This document shows, piece after piece, positions 48,897 to 60,115 of a stretch of DNA of 64,000 nt (the first letter of the stretch is position 1; the number at the start of each line of letters is the position of its first letter). Location: assembly GCA_041687695.1 (NCBI GenBank), contig JAWLBL010000008.1:192001-256000 (forward strand). The letters are read 5' to 3'. A program made the position numbers and the translations under genes. The notes below the pieces were generated by a model. That model saw nothing but the letters and a program-made list of their open reading frames with translations. It was not told the origin of the DNA and searched no databases. This stretch comes from Myxococcota bacterium (GTDB taxonomy: Bacteria; Myxococcota_A; UBA9042; PHBI01; JAWLBL01).

Positions 48897-49904
48897 ATGC
48901 GACTCGCCTTGACCCGAGGGGCGGCCCTCGCCGCGCTCGCCCTCGCCGCCGCCACGATCTCGTGCGCCGGCGACCCCTCCCCCACGCCGCGCTACGTGCC
49001 CCTCGGCGGCCCCGACACGCCCGGGACCGGCCGCTGCCCCGACGCCGAGGACATCGGCCTCGTGCTCGCCGTCTGGGACGAGGCCGAGGCCCGCACCCGC
49101 TACGTCCTGCACCAGGCCACGCTCGACCTCGGCACGGTCGGGCTGCCCTTCATCCCCGAGCCGGTCGGCGACGGCGCCCTCCTCGTGCCCATCACGCGCC
49201 AGCAGGCCGACGCGCTCGGCGCCCCGCCGGACGGCGCGCCCGTCTGGGTCTGGGCTGCGCTCGGGCAGGGGCCCTGCCAGATGACCCCGGACCAGTACTT
49301 GCTGGTCCGCGACCGCGACCGCCCGGGCGTCATCGCCCTGACGCGCGAGGTCACCGGCGTCTGCACGGTGCCCTCGACCCCGGGCTTCGCCATCGCCGCC
49401 CGGACCCTCACCGCGCCCCGCGCCTGCGTGCTCGGCTGGCCCTCCGAGGTCGCCTCGTCCACGCGCGCCGACGGCCCGCCGATGGGGATGCCGCCCGAGG
49501 TCGCGACGCGCCTCGCCGGCGGCCGCTGTCCGGACCCGTGCGATCTCCGCTGGCGCGTCATGGGCGTCCCCACGGCCTTCGGCGGCGGCGCCTACGAGGT
49601 GACCGTCGCCGAGGTCACGCCGGGCCCCACCGGCGGCCCCTGCGACGGCCGCATCGACGAGGACCGCTGGGTGGTCTACTCGACGCGTTACGGGGCCGGC
49701 GCCGTGTTGCCCGAGGCCGAGGAGCTCGTCGGGCTGCTGCACGACGACGTCGGCGTGCAGACGGTGGTCGCGCGTGGCGCGGGGCAGCTGCGGGTGTACG
49801 CGACCGACCGCGAGGGCCGCGCCCTCAGCCTCCGCGGCACGGCGCCGCTGTGGATCGGCCCGCTGCGGCCCTCGCTGACGCCCGAGTGCCCGACCACGCT
49901 GTGA
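48897..49904 (+). CDS. Hypothetical lipoprotein
   Basis: Signal ending TISC; several paired Cys; GGAG RBS. Confidence 0.7.
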   Translation: MRLALTRGAALAALALAAATISCAGDPSPTPRYVPLGGPDTPGTGRCPDAEDIGLVLAVWDEAEARTRYVLHQATLDLGTVGLPFIPEPVGDGALLVPITRQQADALGAPPDGAPVWVWAALGQGPCQMTPDQYLLVRDRDRPGVIALTREVTGVCTVPSTPGFAIAARTLTAPRACVLGWPSEVASSTRADGPPMGMPPEVATRLAGGRCPDPCDLRWRVMGVPTAFGGGAYEVTVAEVTPGPTGGPCDGRIDEDRWVVYSTRYGAGAVLPEAEELVGLLHDDVGVQTVVARGAGQLRVYATDREGRALSLRGTAPLWIGPLRPSLTPECPTTL

Positions 49905-49918
49905 CCACAGGGCGGTGA

Positions 49919-50691
49919 CTACAGCGTCAGCGCGCCTTCGGCCGACAGCGGCTGGTCGAGGGCGCGTCGGGTGCGCTCGCGCGCGGTCTCGAAGGCGGCG
50001 CGGCCGCGCTCCAAGTGGAAGGGGTCGACCCGCGGCAGGTCGCGCAGGACCAGCGCGACCAGGCCCTCGCGGCGCGGGACGGCCAGGGCGGGGCTGCCGC
50101 GGCGGCGCCAGGGCGAGCGCGAGGCCAGGTGGTGGAAGAAGACGCGGTGGCCGGCCGGGACGCCCGCGAGGCCGGGGCGGTCCAGGACGCCACCGTCCAG
50201 GTAGGGCCGGCCGCCGATCCAGACCGGGTGGAACATGCCGGGGACGGTGCAGGAGGCCTGGATGGCCGGCGCGAGCGGGCCGGCGTCGAGGACGCGCGTC
50301 TTGCCGGACAGGACGTCGAAGACCGACACGGCGAGCGGGGCGCGGCAGCCGGTGAAGTCGGTGGTCGGCAGCAGCGACTCGAGCTTGCGGCGGAACAGGC
50401 GGCCGCGCAGCAGGCCCGGGCCGGGCCACGGGTCCCAGAAGTGGGCGCGCTCCAAGGCTAGCAGCTCGCGGGCGAGATCGGCGGCGTCCAGGCCCGAGGC
50501 CCAGGTGCCCGCGACCAGGGCGCCGGCGCTGGAGCCGGCGAGGCGCGCGGGGCGCAGGCCGGCCTCTTCCAAGGCCGAGAGCATCCCGCAGTGGGCGAAG
50601 AAGCCGAAGAAGCCCGACGACATGGCCAGGGCGAAGGGCTCGGCGGCCAGCCAGTCGCCGAGGGTGGCGGCGCGGTCCGGGGCGGCGGCGC

Positions 50692-50695
<4 letters not shown>
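49919..50695 (-). CDS. Patatin-like phospholipase
   Basis: [15 protein letters not shown] oxyanion region, [21 protein letters not shown] overlap. Confidence 0.9.
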
Positions 50696-53052
<2,357 letters not shown>

Positions 53053-53104
53053 GGACGAGCTCCTTGGAGGCGGCGCGGCGCCCGAGGGTCCCGGCGGGGG
53101 ACCG

Positions 53105-54019
53105 TCAGGTCGAGGCGGCCTCCGGGACCGCCTCGCGGGCGGCGCGGAAGGTGGCGAGATCGGCGACCGGGCGGCCGGGGCGCATCTTGCGCAGGCCGTA
53201 GGCGCGGCGGACGGCGGCGCGGGCGAGGACGCGCGTGGGGTCGACCAGACGGCGGCCCCAGATGGACGGCTCGGTGAGCGTCATCGCCAGCTCGGTGCAG
53301 CCGGAGACGACGACGTCGGCGCCCAGGGTCTCGATGAGGATCTTGGCGGCGTCCTCGAGGGCCTTTTTGTGCTGCGGCTTGGGCCCCAGCGCCTTGATGC
53401 CGGTCGCGCCGCGGCCGCCCCGGGCCTCGAGGCGGCCGTACAGGGGCTCCATGACGAGGTGCTCCTGCAGCGTCTCGCCGTTGACGAGGTCCTGCAGGCT
53501 GACCGGGCGCAGGCCGAAGGCCTCGAGGGCGTCGTGGTACAGGCGCGCCTCGAGCGTGCCGGTCGTGGCCAACAGACCCACCCGGGCGCCCTCGTGGTAC
53601 TCGTGGATGAAGCGGGCGGTCTCCTCGACCATGTCGAGGATGGGGATGCTCGACGCCTCGCGCAGCCGCGGCAGGTAGTGATGGGCCGTGTTGCAGGCCA
53701 GGATGGCGAAGTCGGCGCCCGGGATCTCGTGCCCGCTGGCCGTCCGGCCGCCCTCGAGCCGCCGCAGGCTGCGCAGCAGCCACGGCATCGGGTCGGGCGC
53801 GCGCCCCTCCATCGCCAGCGTGCGGTCGGGCGTGGCCGGGATCGAGCTGAGCACCCACTCGGGGAAGTCCTGCTCGCTGGTGACGCCCACCAGGTCCCGC
53901 GCCGCCTCCAGCACCTTGCGCTCGACGTCCAGGTGGCTGAACGGCCCCATGCCGCCGACGATGCCGATGACCTGATGCTGCCGCGGCGGATACAGGGACG
54001 TGTCGCTTCGCTCGCTCAT
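53105..54019 (-). CDS. Aspartate/glutamate racemase family amino-acid racemase
   Basis: IGIVGGMGP, PDRT, ACNTAH, GLLATTGT, GCTEL (two catalytic Cys). Confidence 0.92.
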   Translation of the reverse strand: MSERSDTSLYPPRQHQVIGIVGGMGPFSHLDVERKVLEAARDLVGVTSEQDFPEWVLSSIPATPDRTLAMEGRAPDPMPWLLRSLRRLEGGRTASGHEIPGADFAILACNTAHHYLPRLREASSIPILDMVEETARFIHEYHEGARVGLLATTGTLEARLYHDALEAFGLRPVSLQDLVNGETLQEHLVMEPLYGRLEARGGRGATGIKALGPKPQHKKALEDAAKILIETLGADVVVSGCTELAMTLTEPSIWGRRLVDPTRVLARAAVRRAYGLRKMRPGRPVADLATFRAAREAVPEAAST

Positions 54020-54281
54020 CGGGCTCCGGTCCCCCCGAAGGCCTCGGGGGCAAGGGCGTCACCGCCGCGTTCCGCGGGCCCCGACCCATTACCACACCGG
54101 GCCCGCGCACGAAAAATGCAAATGCCCGTTCCCGCATAGAATTCCCCGTCGGGAGGGGAGGGGAGGGGGGCGGCGACGTCTCTGGAGTTCAGGGCCGGTG
54201 GTGGTCGCCGGGACGGAAGGAGAGTAGGTGGTTCGGTAGCCACCGGGGGGCGCAGTCGAAGGCCAATGGTGCTGGTCGGGA

Positions 54282-54370
54282 GGGGCGTCCGGGCCGCTTC
54301 GCGTCCCGCCGCTCGGCCACGGCGCCTGGGGCTGGGATGGTCGGGGCGCTGAGCTTGGGTGGCGTGATAG
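54282..54370. repeat. Left copy of an ~89-bp inverted repeat flanking the HNH gene
   Basis: Its reverse complement aligns to 56339-56427; the outer ~60 bp differ by 2 substitutions and 1 indel. Confidence 0.9.
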
Positions 54371-54565
54371 CTCGTGCCTATGAAACGGCTGCATGTCGGC
54401 CGTCCCGGGACGGTGGCCACGTCCGCGGCCGACGGGCCGCTTTCGGAGGGTGCGGCCCACGGCCGCACTTTCCGGCCTGGCCCCGCCCAGGCCGGGGCGG
54501 CTGAGAGCATGCGCGAGTCACCCGCCCCGGGGCGGAGAACCCGTCGTCCCGGCACGGTCGACGGA

Positions 54566-55747
54566 TCATGGCGCCTCGGTGCCCTGACTTCCGCCCCGGG
54601 GCGGAAGGTCGTCGTGCCGGGGCGGAAGGTCGTGGCGCCGGGGCGGAAGGCCGTCGTCCCGGGACGACGCCTCGGCGATCTTGCGGGCGACGAAGCCGGC
54701 CCCCAGCTCCTGGCGGGCGATGAGCAGGTTGTGGGCCTGGCACAGGACCCGGACGTTGTCGACGCTGTGCTCGCCGCCCCGGGCGAAGGCCTCGTCGTGG
54801 TGAAGCTGTAGCCGCCGCGTCTCCCTGCAACGTCCGCCCGGGCCCTCGAAGGTGCAGCGCAGGCCGTCCCGTTCGACCACGGCGCGCTTGACCTCGACCG
54901 GAATGGCGCGACTCCGGTCCGTCGGGGCCCCGGGTTGCTCGGCGGTCTCGGCCTCGGTCTCCGCAGGCGGCGCCGTCACCGGCGTCTTCTTCGCCCGCGG
55001 CTTCGCGCCCACCCCGAAGCGCTGCTTCTTCCTCGCCGCCAGCAAGCTGTCCAGGGCCATCTCCAACAGCGTCTCGTAGTCGCCCGAGGCGACCTGATGG
55101 CCGACCAGCGCCATGGCCTCCTCCAGCTTGGCCGCCACGCGCGCGCCGACGGTGACCTGGACCTTGAACCGCGCCTCCGACAGCGGTTCGACGACCCGTT
55201 TCGGCCTGGGCGCCTCGAGCTTCAGCCCGCCGCCCACAGGCTCCCCCGCCGGCCTCTCGCGCTCGGCCCGCTTGGGGGCGCCGGCGCTCCGCCCCGCCGG
55301 CGCCGGCAGCCGAACGACCCGCGCCGGCACGTCCGGCCGCGGCGCCCACTTCGCCACCAGCTCGGCCAGCTCGCGCTTGCTCTTCCCGGCCGCCTCGGCC
55401 AGCCGCTCCCTCACGTTCCCTTCACCCAAGTGCGGCCCTATGACCCGCATACCGCTCAGGCTCAGTCGCCCGTCGGCCAGCATCCCCCCCATCTCGGGCC
55501 ACCGCCGCACCCACTCGACGGCCTTGACGTAGTTGTAGGCCTTGTCCTCCCCAAAGCCCCACCGCGTCCGGCACCAGTCGAACAGCGATGGGCTGCCGTC
55601 GCGCAGATGAAGCTCCCTGGCCTCGACCTCGGCCAGATGGACGACCAGGTTGGCCGTCGTCCGCCGCTCCAGATCAACCAGCTCGCCGACCCGCCCCAGC
55701 AGCCTCTCGTCGGACAGATTCTCCAGCATCTTCAGTCCCTTGCTCAT
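54566..55747 (-). CDS. HNH endonuclease with a DUF222-like N-terminal region
   Basis: LVVHLAEVEARELH...SLFDWC N-terminus; RAIPVEVKRAVVERDGLRCTF...C...LQLHH...GG...DNVRVLCQAHN; GGGAGG RBS. Confidence 0.9.
   Translation of the reverse strand: MSKGLKMLENLSDERLLGRVGELVDLERRTTANLVVHLAEVEARELHLRDGSPSLFDWCRTRWGFGEDKAYNYVKAVEWVRRWPEMGGMLADGRLSLSGMRVIGPHLGEGNVRERLAEAAGKSKRELAELVAKWAPRPDVPARVVRLPAPAGRSAGAPKRAERERPAGEPVGGGLKLEAPRPKRVVEPLSEARFKVQVTVGARVAAKLEEAMALVGHQVASGDYETLLEMALDSLLAARKKQRFGVGAKPRAKKTPVTAPPAETEAETAEQPGAPTDRSRAIPVEVKRAVVERDGLRCTFEGPGGRCRETRRLQLHHDEAFARGGEHSVDNVRVLCQAHNLLIARQELGAGFVARKIAEASSRDDGLPPRRHDLPPRHDDLPPRGGSQGTEAP
54586..54652 (-). repeat. Three 21-bp repeats within the HNH 3' end, including the perfect 20-bp palindrome CTTCCGCCCCGGGGCGGAAG
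   Basis: Minus-strand units of the form GACCTTCCGCCCCGGCNCNAC encode DLPPR-like repeats; palindrome at 54588-54607. Confidence 0.85.
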
Positions 55748-56000
55748 CCCGCAGCCCTCCCATCGAGTGACGGCAGCATAGCACAGGGGGGTCGGCCCCC
55801 TCGGAACACCCCCTGGACGGCCGTTCAGGCCTTCCAGACGACTCGCGACGACCCAGGACCCTGATCAGGGCGCTGTAGAGCCTGCCAGGGGCCCTCCTGA
55901 CCTTCCCCGATGTCGACCCCGGATCGGCCGATCTCGGGCCACGAAAACCTGTCAACAACTATTTCGCCCCTCGCCCCCTCCCGATGTCGTTTTCTTGTCC

Positions 56001-56318
56001 GGCTTCCGCCCCGGGGCGGGTCACCGACTTCCGCCCCGGGGCGGGTCACCGACGTCCGCTTCGGCGCGACGGCCTTCCGCACCGGGCCAAGCAACTGGCT
56101 TCCGCCCCGGGGCGGGCCACCGACTTCCGCCCCGGCGCGACGACCTTCCGCACCGGGCCAAGCAACTGGCTTCCGCCCCGGGGCGGGCCACCGACTTCCG
56201 CCCCGGGACGGGCGACTGGCTTCCGTCCGGGACGGGCGACCGACCTCCGCACCGGGCCAAGCAACTGGCTTCCGCCCCGGGGCGGGTCACCGACTTCCGC
56301 CCCGGGCGGGCTCCGCCC
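56001..56318 (+). repeat. Non-coding tandem array of ~13 units (21-25 bp) built on CTTCCGC(C/A)CCGG
   Basis: Units start at 56001, 56026, 56051, 56072, 56097, 56122, 56143, 56168, 56193, 56218, 56242, 56267 and 56292. Confidence 0.93.
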
Positions 56319-56338
56319 AAGTCGATGATAATGTCAGA

Positions 56339-56427
56339 CTATCACCACCCCGGGTCCAGCGTCCCCACCATCCCAGCCCCAGGCGCCAGTGCCCGAGCGG
56401 CGGGACGCGCAGCGGCCCGGACGCCCC
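56339..56427. repeat. Right copy of the ~89-bp inverted repeat
   Basis: ACCATCCCAGCCCCAGGCGCC...GAGCGGCGGGACGCG...AGCGGCCCGGACGCCCC matches the reverse complement of 54282-54370. Confidence 0.9.
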
Positions 56428-56468
56428 CACGGGGGCTGCGCCCCCGCGCCCCGCTTTGAGAGCCCCCC

Positions 56469-56577
56469 AGCCGCAGCGTAGGCCGGGGTCAAGGGCTTTC
56501 TCGTCCGCGAGGAATTGGCCCGCCCGTCAGGGCGGGCCAGGGGGAGAAAGCCCTTGAGGCCGGCCGAAGCGGAGGCT
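56469..56577. other. Long multi-stem hairpin (structured DNA/RNA element)
   Basis: Perfect 14-bp stem 56489-56502/56544-56557, 10-bp inner stem 56516-56525/56530-56539, outer GGCCGG/CCGGCC. Confidence 0.8.
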
Positions 56578-56589
56578 ACCAGCGTCGGG

Positions 56590-56745
56590 CCCCCCTTGCC
56601 CCCCACCCCCCCTTGCCCCCCACCTCCCCTTGCCCCCCACCCCCCTTCACCCCCACCCCTTGACTCCCCCCACCTCCCCTTGACTCCCCACCCCCCTTGT
56701 CCCCCACCCCTTGACGCCCCCACCACCCCCAGCCTAAGCCCCTCC
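56590..56745. repeat. C-run low-complexity tandem repeat (CCCCTTG..CCCCCACC units)
   Basis: About 8 imperfect 15-20-bp units; the plus strand is nearly devoid of G. Confidence 0.85.
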
Positions 56746-56747
56746 AC

Positions 56748-58028
56748 ATGCACCCCGACCGCGTCTCCACCGTCCTCGCCGCCGCGCTGCACCAGGACCT
56801 CCTCACCGACACCCAGCCGCTCGCGCTCTTCTTCGACCTGGACGCCTACCGCGAGCGCTTGAAGTCGCTCACCGCCGCCTTCCCGGCCGGCACGCTGCAC
56901 GCGGTCGCGGTCAAGGCCAACCCGCTCGCCGCCACGCTGCGCGAGGCCAACGCGCGGGGACTGGGCGCCGAGGTCGCGTCGCTGGCCGAGCTGGAGCACG
57001 CGATCCGCCTGGGCTTCCCACCCCACCGGGTCGTCTTCGACTCGCCCGCCAAGACGGCGCCCGAGATCGCCCGCGCGCTGCAGCTCGGCGTCCACCTCAA
57101 CGCCGACAACCTGCACGAGCTGGCCCGCATCGCCGCCCTGGTCGAGACCGGCCGCTTCCCCGCGCCCTCGGTCGGCGTCCGGGTGAACCCGCAGGTCGGC
57201 GCCGGGGCCATCGAGGCGACCAGCACCGCCACCGCCACCAGCAAGTTCGGCGTCGCGCTGGCCGACGAGGGCGACGCGCTGCTCGAGGCGCTGCGCCGCT
57301 GGCCCTGGGTGCGCGGCCTGCACGTCCACACTGGCTCGCAGGGCGGCTCGCTCGACCTGATGGTCCGCGGCGTGCAGGCCGCCGTCGCCTTCGCCGACGC
57401 CGTGGACGCGCTGCCGGGCCGCCCGCCGCTGGCGGTCCTCGACGTCGGCGGCGGCGTCTCGGTCGACTACGCCGCCGACGCCCCCGACGACGCCTTCGCC
57501 ACCTGGGCCGCCGCCCTCCAGGCCGCGGTCCCCGGCCTGGGCCGCTTCCAGCTGGTCACCGAGGTCGGCCGCGCCCTGTCCGCCAAGGCCGGCTGGGTCG
57601 CCAGCCGCGTCGAGGCCACCAAGCGCGCCGGCGGCCGCCCCATCGCGGTCATCCACGCGGGCGCCGACCTCTTCGTCCGCACCGCCTACCAGCCCGACCG
57701 CTGGCCCCACCGCGTCACCGTCCACCACCCCGACGGGCGCCCCAAGGACTTGCCCAAATCGCTCGAACCCTGGGACGTCGCCGGCCCGCTGTGCTTCTCC
57801 GGCGACCTCGTCGCCCGCGCCCGCCCGCTGCCGCCCATCGCGCCGGGCGACCTGCTCGTCGTCCACGACGCCGGCGCCTACACCCTGGCCATGTGGTCGC
57901 GCTACAACAGCCGCCAGGCCCCGGCCGTCTGGGGCCACGAGGACGTCGCGCCCGACGCGCCCCCCCGGCTGACCCTGCTCAAGCCCGCCGAGACCGTCGA
58001 GGACGTCCTGCGATTCTGGGGATCCTGA
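56748..58028 (+). CDS. Group IV PLP-dependent decarboxylase (LysA/diaminopimelate decarboxylase-like)
   Basis: AVKAN, EVAS, SKFG, HVHTGSQ, DVGGG, EVGR, GPLCFSGD, DAGAY. Confidence 0.9.
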   Translation: MHPDRVSTVLAAALHQDLLTDTQPLALFFDLDAYRERLKSLTAAFPAGTLHAVAVKANPLAATLREANARGLGAEVASLAELEHAIRLGFPPHRVVFDSPAKTAPEIARALQLGVHLNADNLHELARIAALVETGRFPAPSVGVRVNPQVGAGAIEATSTATATSKFGVALADEGDALLEALRRWPWVRGLHVHTGSQGGSLDLMVRGVQAAVAFADAVDALPGRPPLAVLDVGGGVSVDYAADAPDDAFATWAAALQAAVPGLGRFQLVTEVGRALSAKAGWVASRVEATKRAGGRPIAVIHAGADLFVRTAYQPDRWPHRVTVHHPDGRPKDLPKSLEPWDVAGPLCFSGDLVARARPLPPIAPGDLLVVHDAGAYTLAMWSRYNSRQAPAVWGHEDVAPDAPPRLTLLKPAETVEDVLRFWGS

Positions 58029-58067
58029 GCCGCCGCCCAGGACCCCCGTCCGCCCGACTCACCGCCC

Positions 58068-58763
58068 TCACCGCCACGTCCGCTCCGACAGCTCGCGCAC
58101 GGCCGCGCTCGCGGCCTCCTCGGCCACCGTCAGCAGCGCGTCCCGCAGGACCGCCGGCGGCATGTCGCTCAGCACCATCAGGTTGTAGGCGCGCTCGGCC
58201 GCCTGGCCCTCGGGCGTGTTCGGGTAGACCGGCCCGCCCCAGCTCGCGAACAGCGGCTCGCCGTGCCAGGTCCACTGCTCGTAGATCTTGCGGCCCTCGG
58301 GGACGAACCAGCCGTGCAGGCTCATCTGCACCGTGACGTCGGCCTGCCCGCGCGCGTCGACCGAGACCTGCATCGAATCGACCACCACCTCGAAGCGCGC
58401 GTCGTGCGGCTGCCCCGCCGGCGCGACGCGCCAGTCCAGGCCCAGCGCCATGTCCTCGGCGGCCACCGCACCCACCGCCGCCCGCAGCGAGCCCTCGCGC
58501 GAGAAGTCGGCCAGGCGCACGGCGAAGCGATCGACGATGAAGCGCTCGGTCACGTCCAGCGCCACGTCGCTGGCGTCCCACTCGGTCTCCGGGCCCAGGG
58601 CGGTCGCCGGCGGCGCCACCTCGAGGTCCACCGGCGCGTCGACCCGCGCCTCGACCCGCACCTGCTCGATGTTGTCCCGGTACTGGTGCATCTCGTCGAT
58701 GCCGCAAGCCCCGGCGAGCCATCCCATCGCGACCATCAACAACGACTTCGTCATGCGCTTCAT
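58068..58763 (-). CDS. Hypothetical lipoprotein
   Basis: MKRMTKSLLMVAMGWLAGAC lipobox. Confidence 0.75.
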   Translation of the reverse strand: MKRMTKSLLMVAMGWLAGACGIDEMHQYRDNIEQVRVEARVDAPVDLEVAPPATALGPETEWDASDVALDVTERFIVDRFAVRLADFSREGSLRAAVGAVAAEDMALGLDWRVAPAGQPHDARFEVVVDSMQVSVDARGQADVTVQMSLHGWFVPEGRKIYEQWTWHGEPLFASWGGPVYPNTPEGQAAERAYNLMVLSDMPPAVLRDALLTVAEEAASAAVRELSERTWR

Positions 58764-58929
58764 GTTGGCATCCCCAATCGTTCCGGCCCTGTCGCCGTGG
58801 CCCTGTGACCGAGGCCGCGCGCCACAAATTCACAGGCGCTGCCGTCGGCCGCGATGAAGGCCGCCGTCGCGCCCGACGGCCGACCGCGCCGGCATTCCCT
58901 CGCCCCCGGGTCTGGACTACCCTTGCCCC

Positions 58930-59511
58930 ATGACCTCGCCCAGCCACCCCGATCCCGTGCCCCGGCGGCGCCTCAAGCGCACCGAGTACGACCGCCTGGC
59001 CGAGCTCGGCGCCTTCGAGGACGAGCGCGTCGAGCTGATCCACGGAGAGCTCCTCACCATGAGCCCCATCGGCGGCCGCCACGTCTGGACCGTGCGCAAG
59101 CTCACCACGCTGCTCGGCGCCGCCATGCTGGGCCGCGCGGACCTCGTCCCGCAGTGCTCCTTTGCCGCCTCCGACGACTCCGAACCCCAGCCGGATCTCG
59201 CGCTCGTGGCCCCCGACGAGGGCGGGTTCGGCGAGCTGGCCGCCTCGGCCCTCCTCCTCATCGAGGTCGCCGAGACCTCGCTCGCCTACGACCTCGGCCT
59301 CAAGGCGGCCCTGTACGCGGCCTCCGACGTCCGCGAGTACTGGGTGGTCGATCTGGCGACCCGGAGCGTCATCGTCCACCGCGACTCCGACGGCACCCGC
59401 TGGGAGCAGATCACCACCGTCCGCCCCGGCGGCACCGTCTCCCCCGTCGCCTTCCCCGACCTCGCGCTGCCGCTCGAGGCGTTCGTCCCGGCCGCCAGTG
59501 ACGCACCCTGA
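58930..59511 (+). CDS. Uma2 family (PD-(D/E)xK) endonuclease
   Basis: RVELIHGEL, EPQPDLA, LLIEVAETSLAYD, K..LYA, EYWVVDL. Confidence 0.92.
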   Translation: MTSPSHPDPVPRRRLKRTEYDRLAELGAFEDERVELIHGELLTMSPIGGRHVWTVRKLTTLLGAAMLGRADLVPQCSFAASDDSEPQPDLALVAPDEGGFGELAASALLLIEVAETSLAYDLGLKAALYAASDVREYWVVDLATRSVIVHRDSDGTRWEQITTVRPGGTVSPVAFPDLALPLEAFVPAASDAP

Positions 59512-60115
59512 CCTCGACGCCCCGCCGCCGCCCGCCGTCGTCGTGCGCGAGATGCGCGCCGAAGACGCCGACGAAGTCGCCGCCCTGGCCGACGTCGTGG
59601 TCGGCCCTGGTTACTACCCGACCCCGACCGTGCTCGAGTACCTGGGCCGCTCGACCCGGGGCGAGACCGTCTGCGCCCACGTCGCGCGCGTGGTGACCGA
59701 CCGGGGCGAGGGCGCGCTGGTGGGCTTCCGCTTCGCCCTGCCGCCCGGCGCCTGGTCGTCCGGCCGCGGCCGAGGCCTGACGCCCGCCCGCTGGCCCGCC
59801 CCGCTCGACCGCTGCGGCTACTTCCAGTCGAGCTACGTCGCCTTCGATCACATGGGGCAGGGCCTCGGCCGCCGCATGGCCCAGCGGGCGCTCACCGCGC
59901 TGCGGAGCCTCGGGGCCGAGGCGGTCGTCACCCACTCGTGGAAGGAGTCGCCGCACGGCTCGTCCTTCCGCTACCTGTCGCGGCTGGGGTTCCGGCCGGT
60001 CGCCGAGCACGCCGACTACTGGGCCGAGGTCGACTACGTGTGCTGGCTGGACGGGCAGCCTTGCCGCTGCACGGCCATCGAGATGGTGTTGGATCTGACC
60101 GACGAGGGCGCATGA
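59498..60115 (+). CDS. GNAT family N-acetyltransferase
   Basis: VREMRAED, acetyl-CoA motif MGQGLGRRM, YLSRLGF; GTG start uncertain. Confidence 0.8.
   Translation: MTHPDLDAPPPPAVVVREMRAEDADEVAALADVVVGPGYYPTPTVLEYLGRSTRGETVCAHVARVVTDRGEGALVGFRFALPPGAWSSGRGRGLTPARWPAPLDRCGYFQSSYVAFDHMGQGLGRRMAQRALTALRSLGAEAVVTHSWKESPHGSSFRYLSRLGFRPVAEHADYWAEVDYVCWLDGQPCRCTAIEMVLDLTDEGA

Larger units (their letters stand above)
54282..56427. mobile_element. Candidate HNH-encoding, repeat-bounded element
   Basis: Inverted repeats and internal arrays surround a single nuclease gene. No transposase and no target-site duplication recognised. Confidence 0.45.

Noticed and set aside
55927..55955. Perfect TTGACA on the minus strand upstream of the HNH gene
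   Set aside because: No acceptable -10 hexamer at 16-18 bp spacing, so it was not called as a promoter.
56001..56318. Possible CRISPR array
   Set aside because: Units are only 21-25 bp in total, the variable parts recur instead of being unique spacers, and no cas genes are present.
54240..56450. Classical IS with target-site duplication
   Set aside because: No transposase motifs, and no direct repeat was recognisable immediately outside the inverted repeats.
55910..56557. Repetitive ORFs across the array (55910-56557, 55984-56328, 55995-56459)
   Set aside because: Unit lengths of 25 and 71 bp are not multiples of 3, so the same peptides appear in all frames; no RBS or codon bias.
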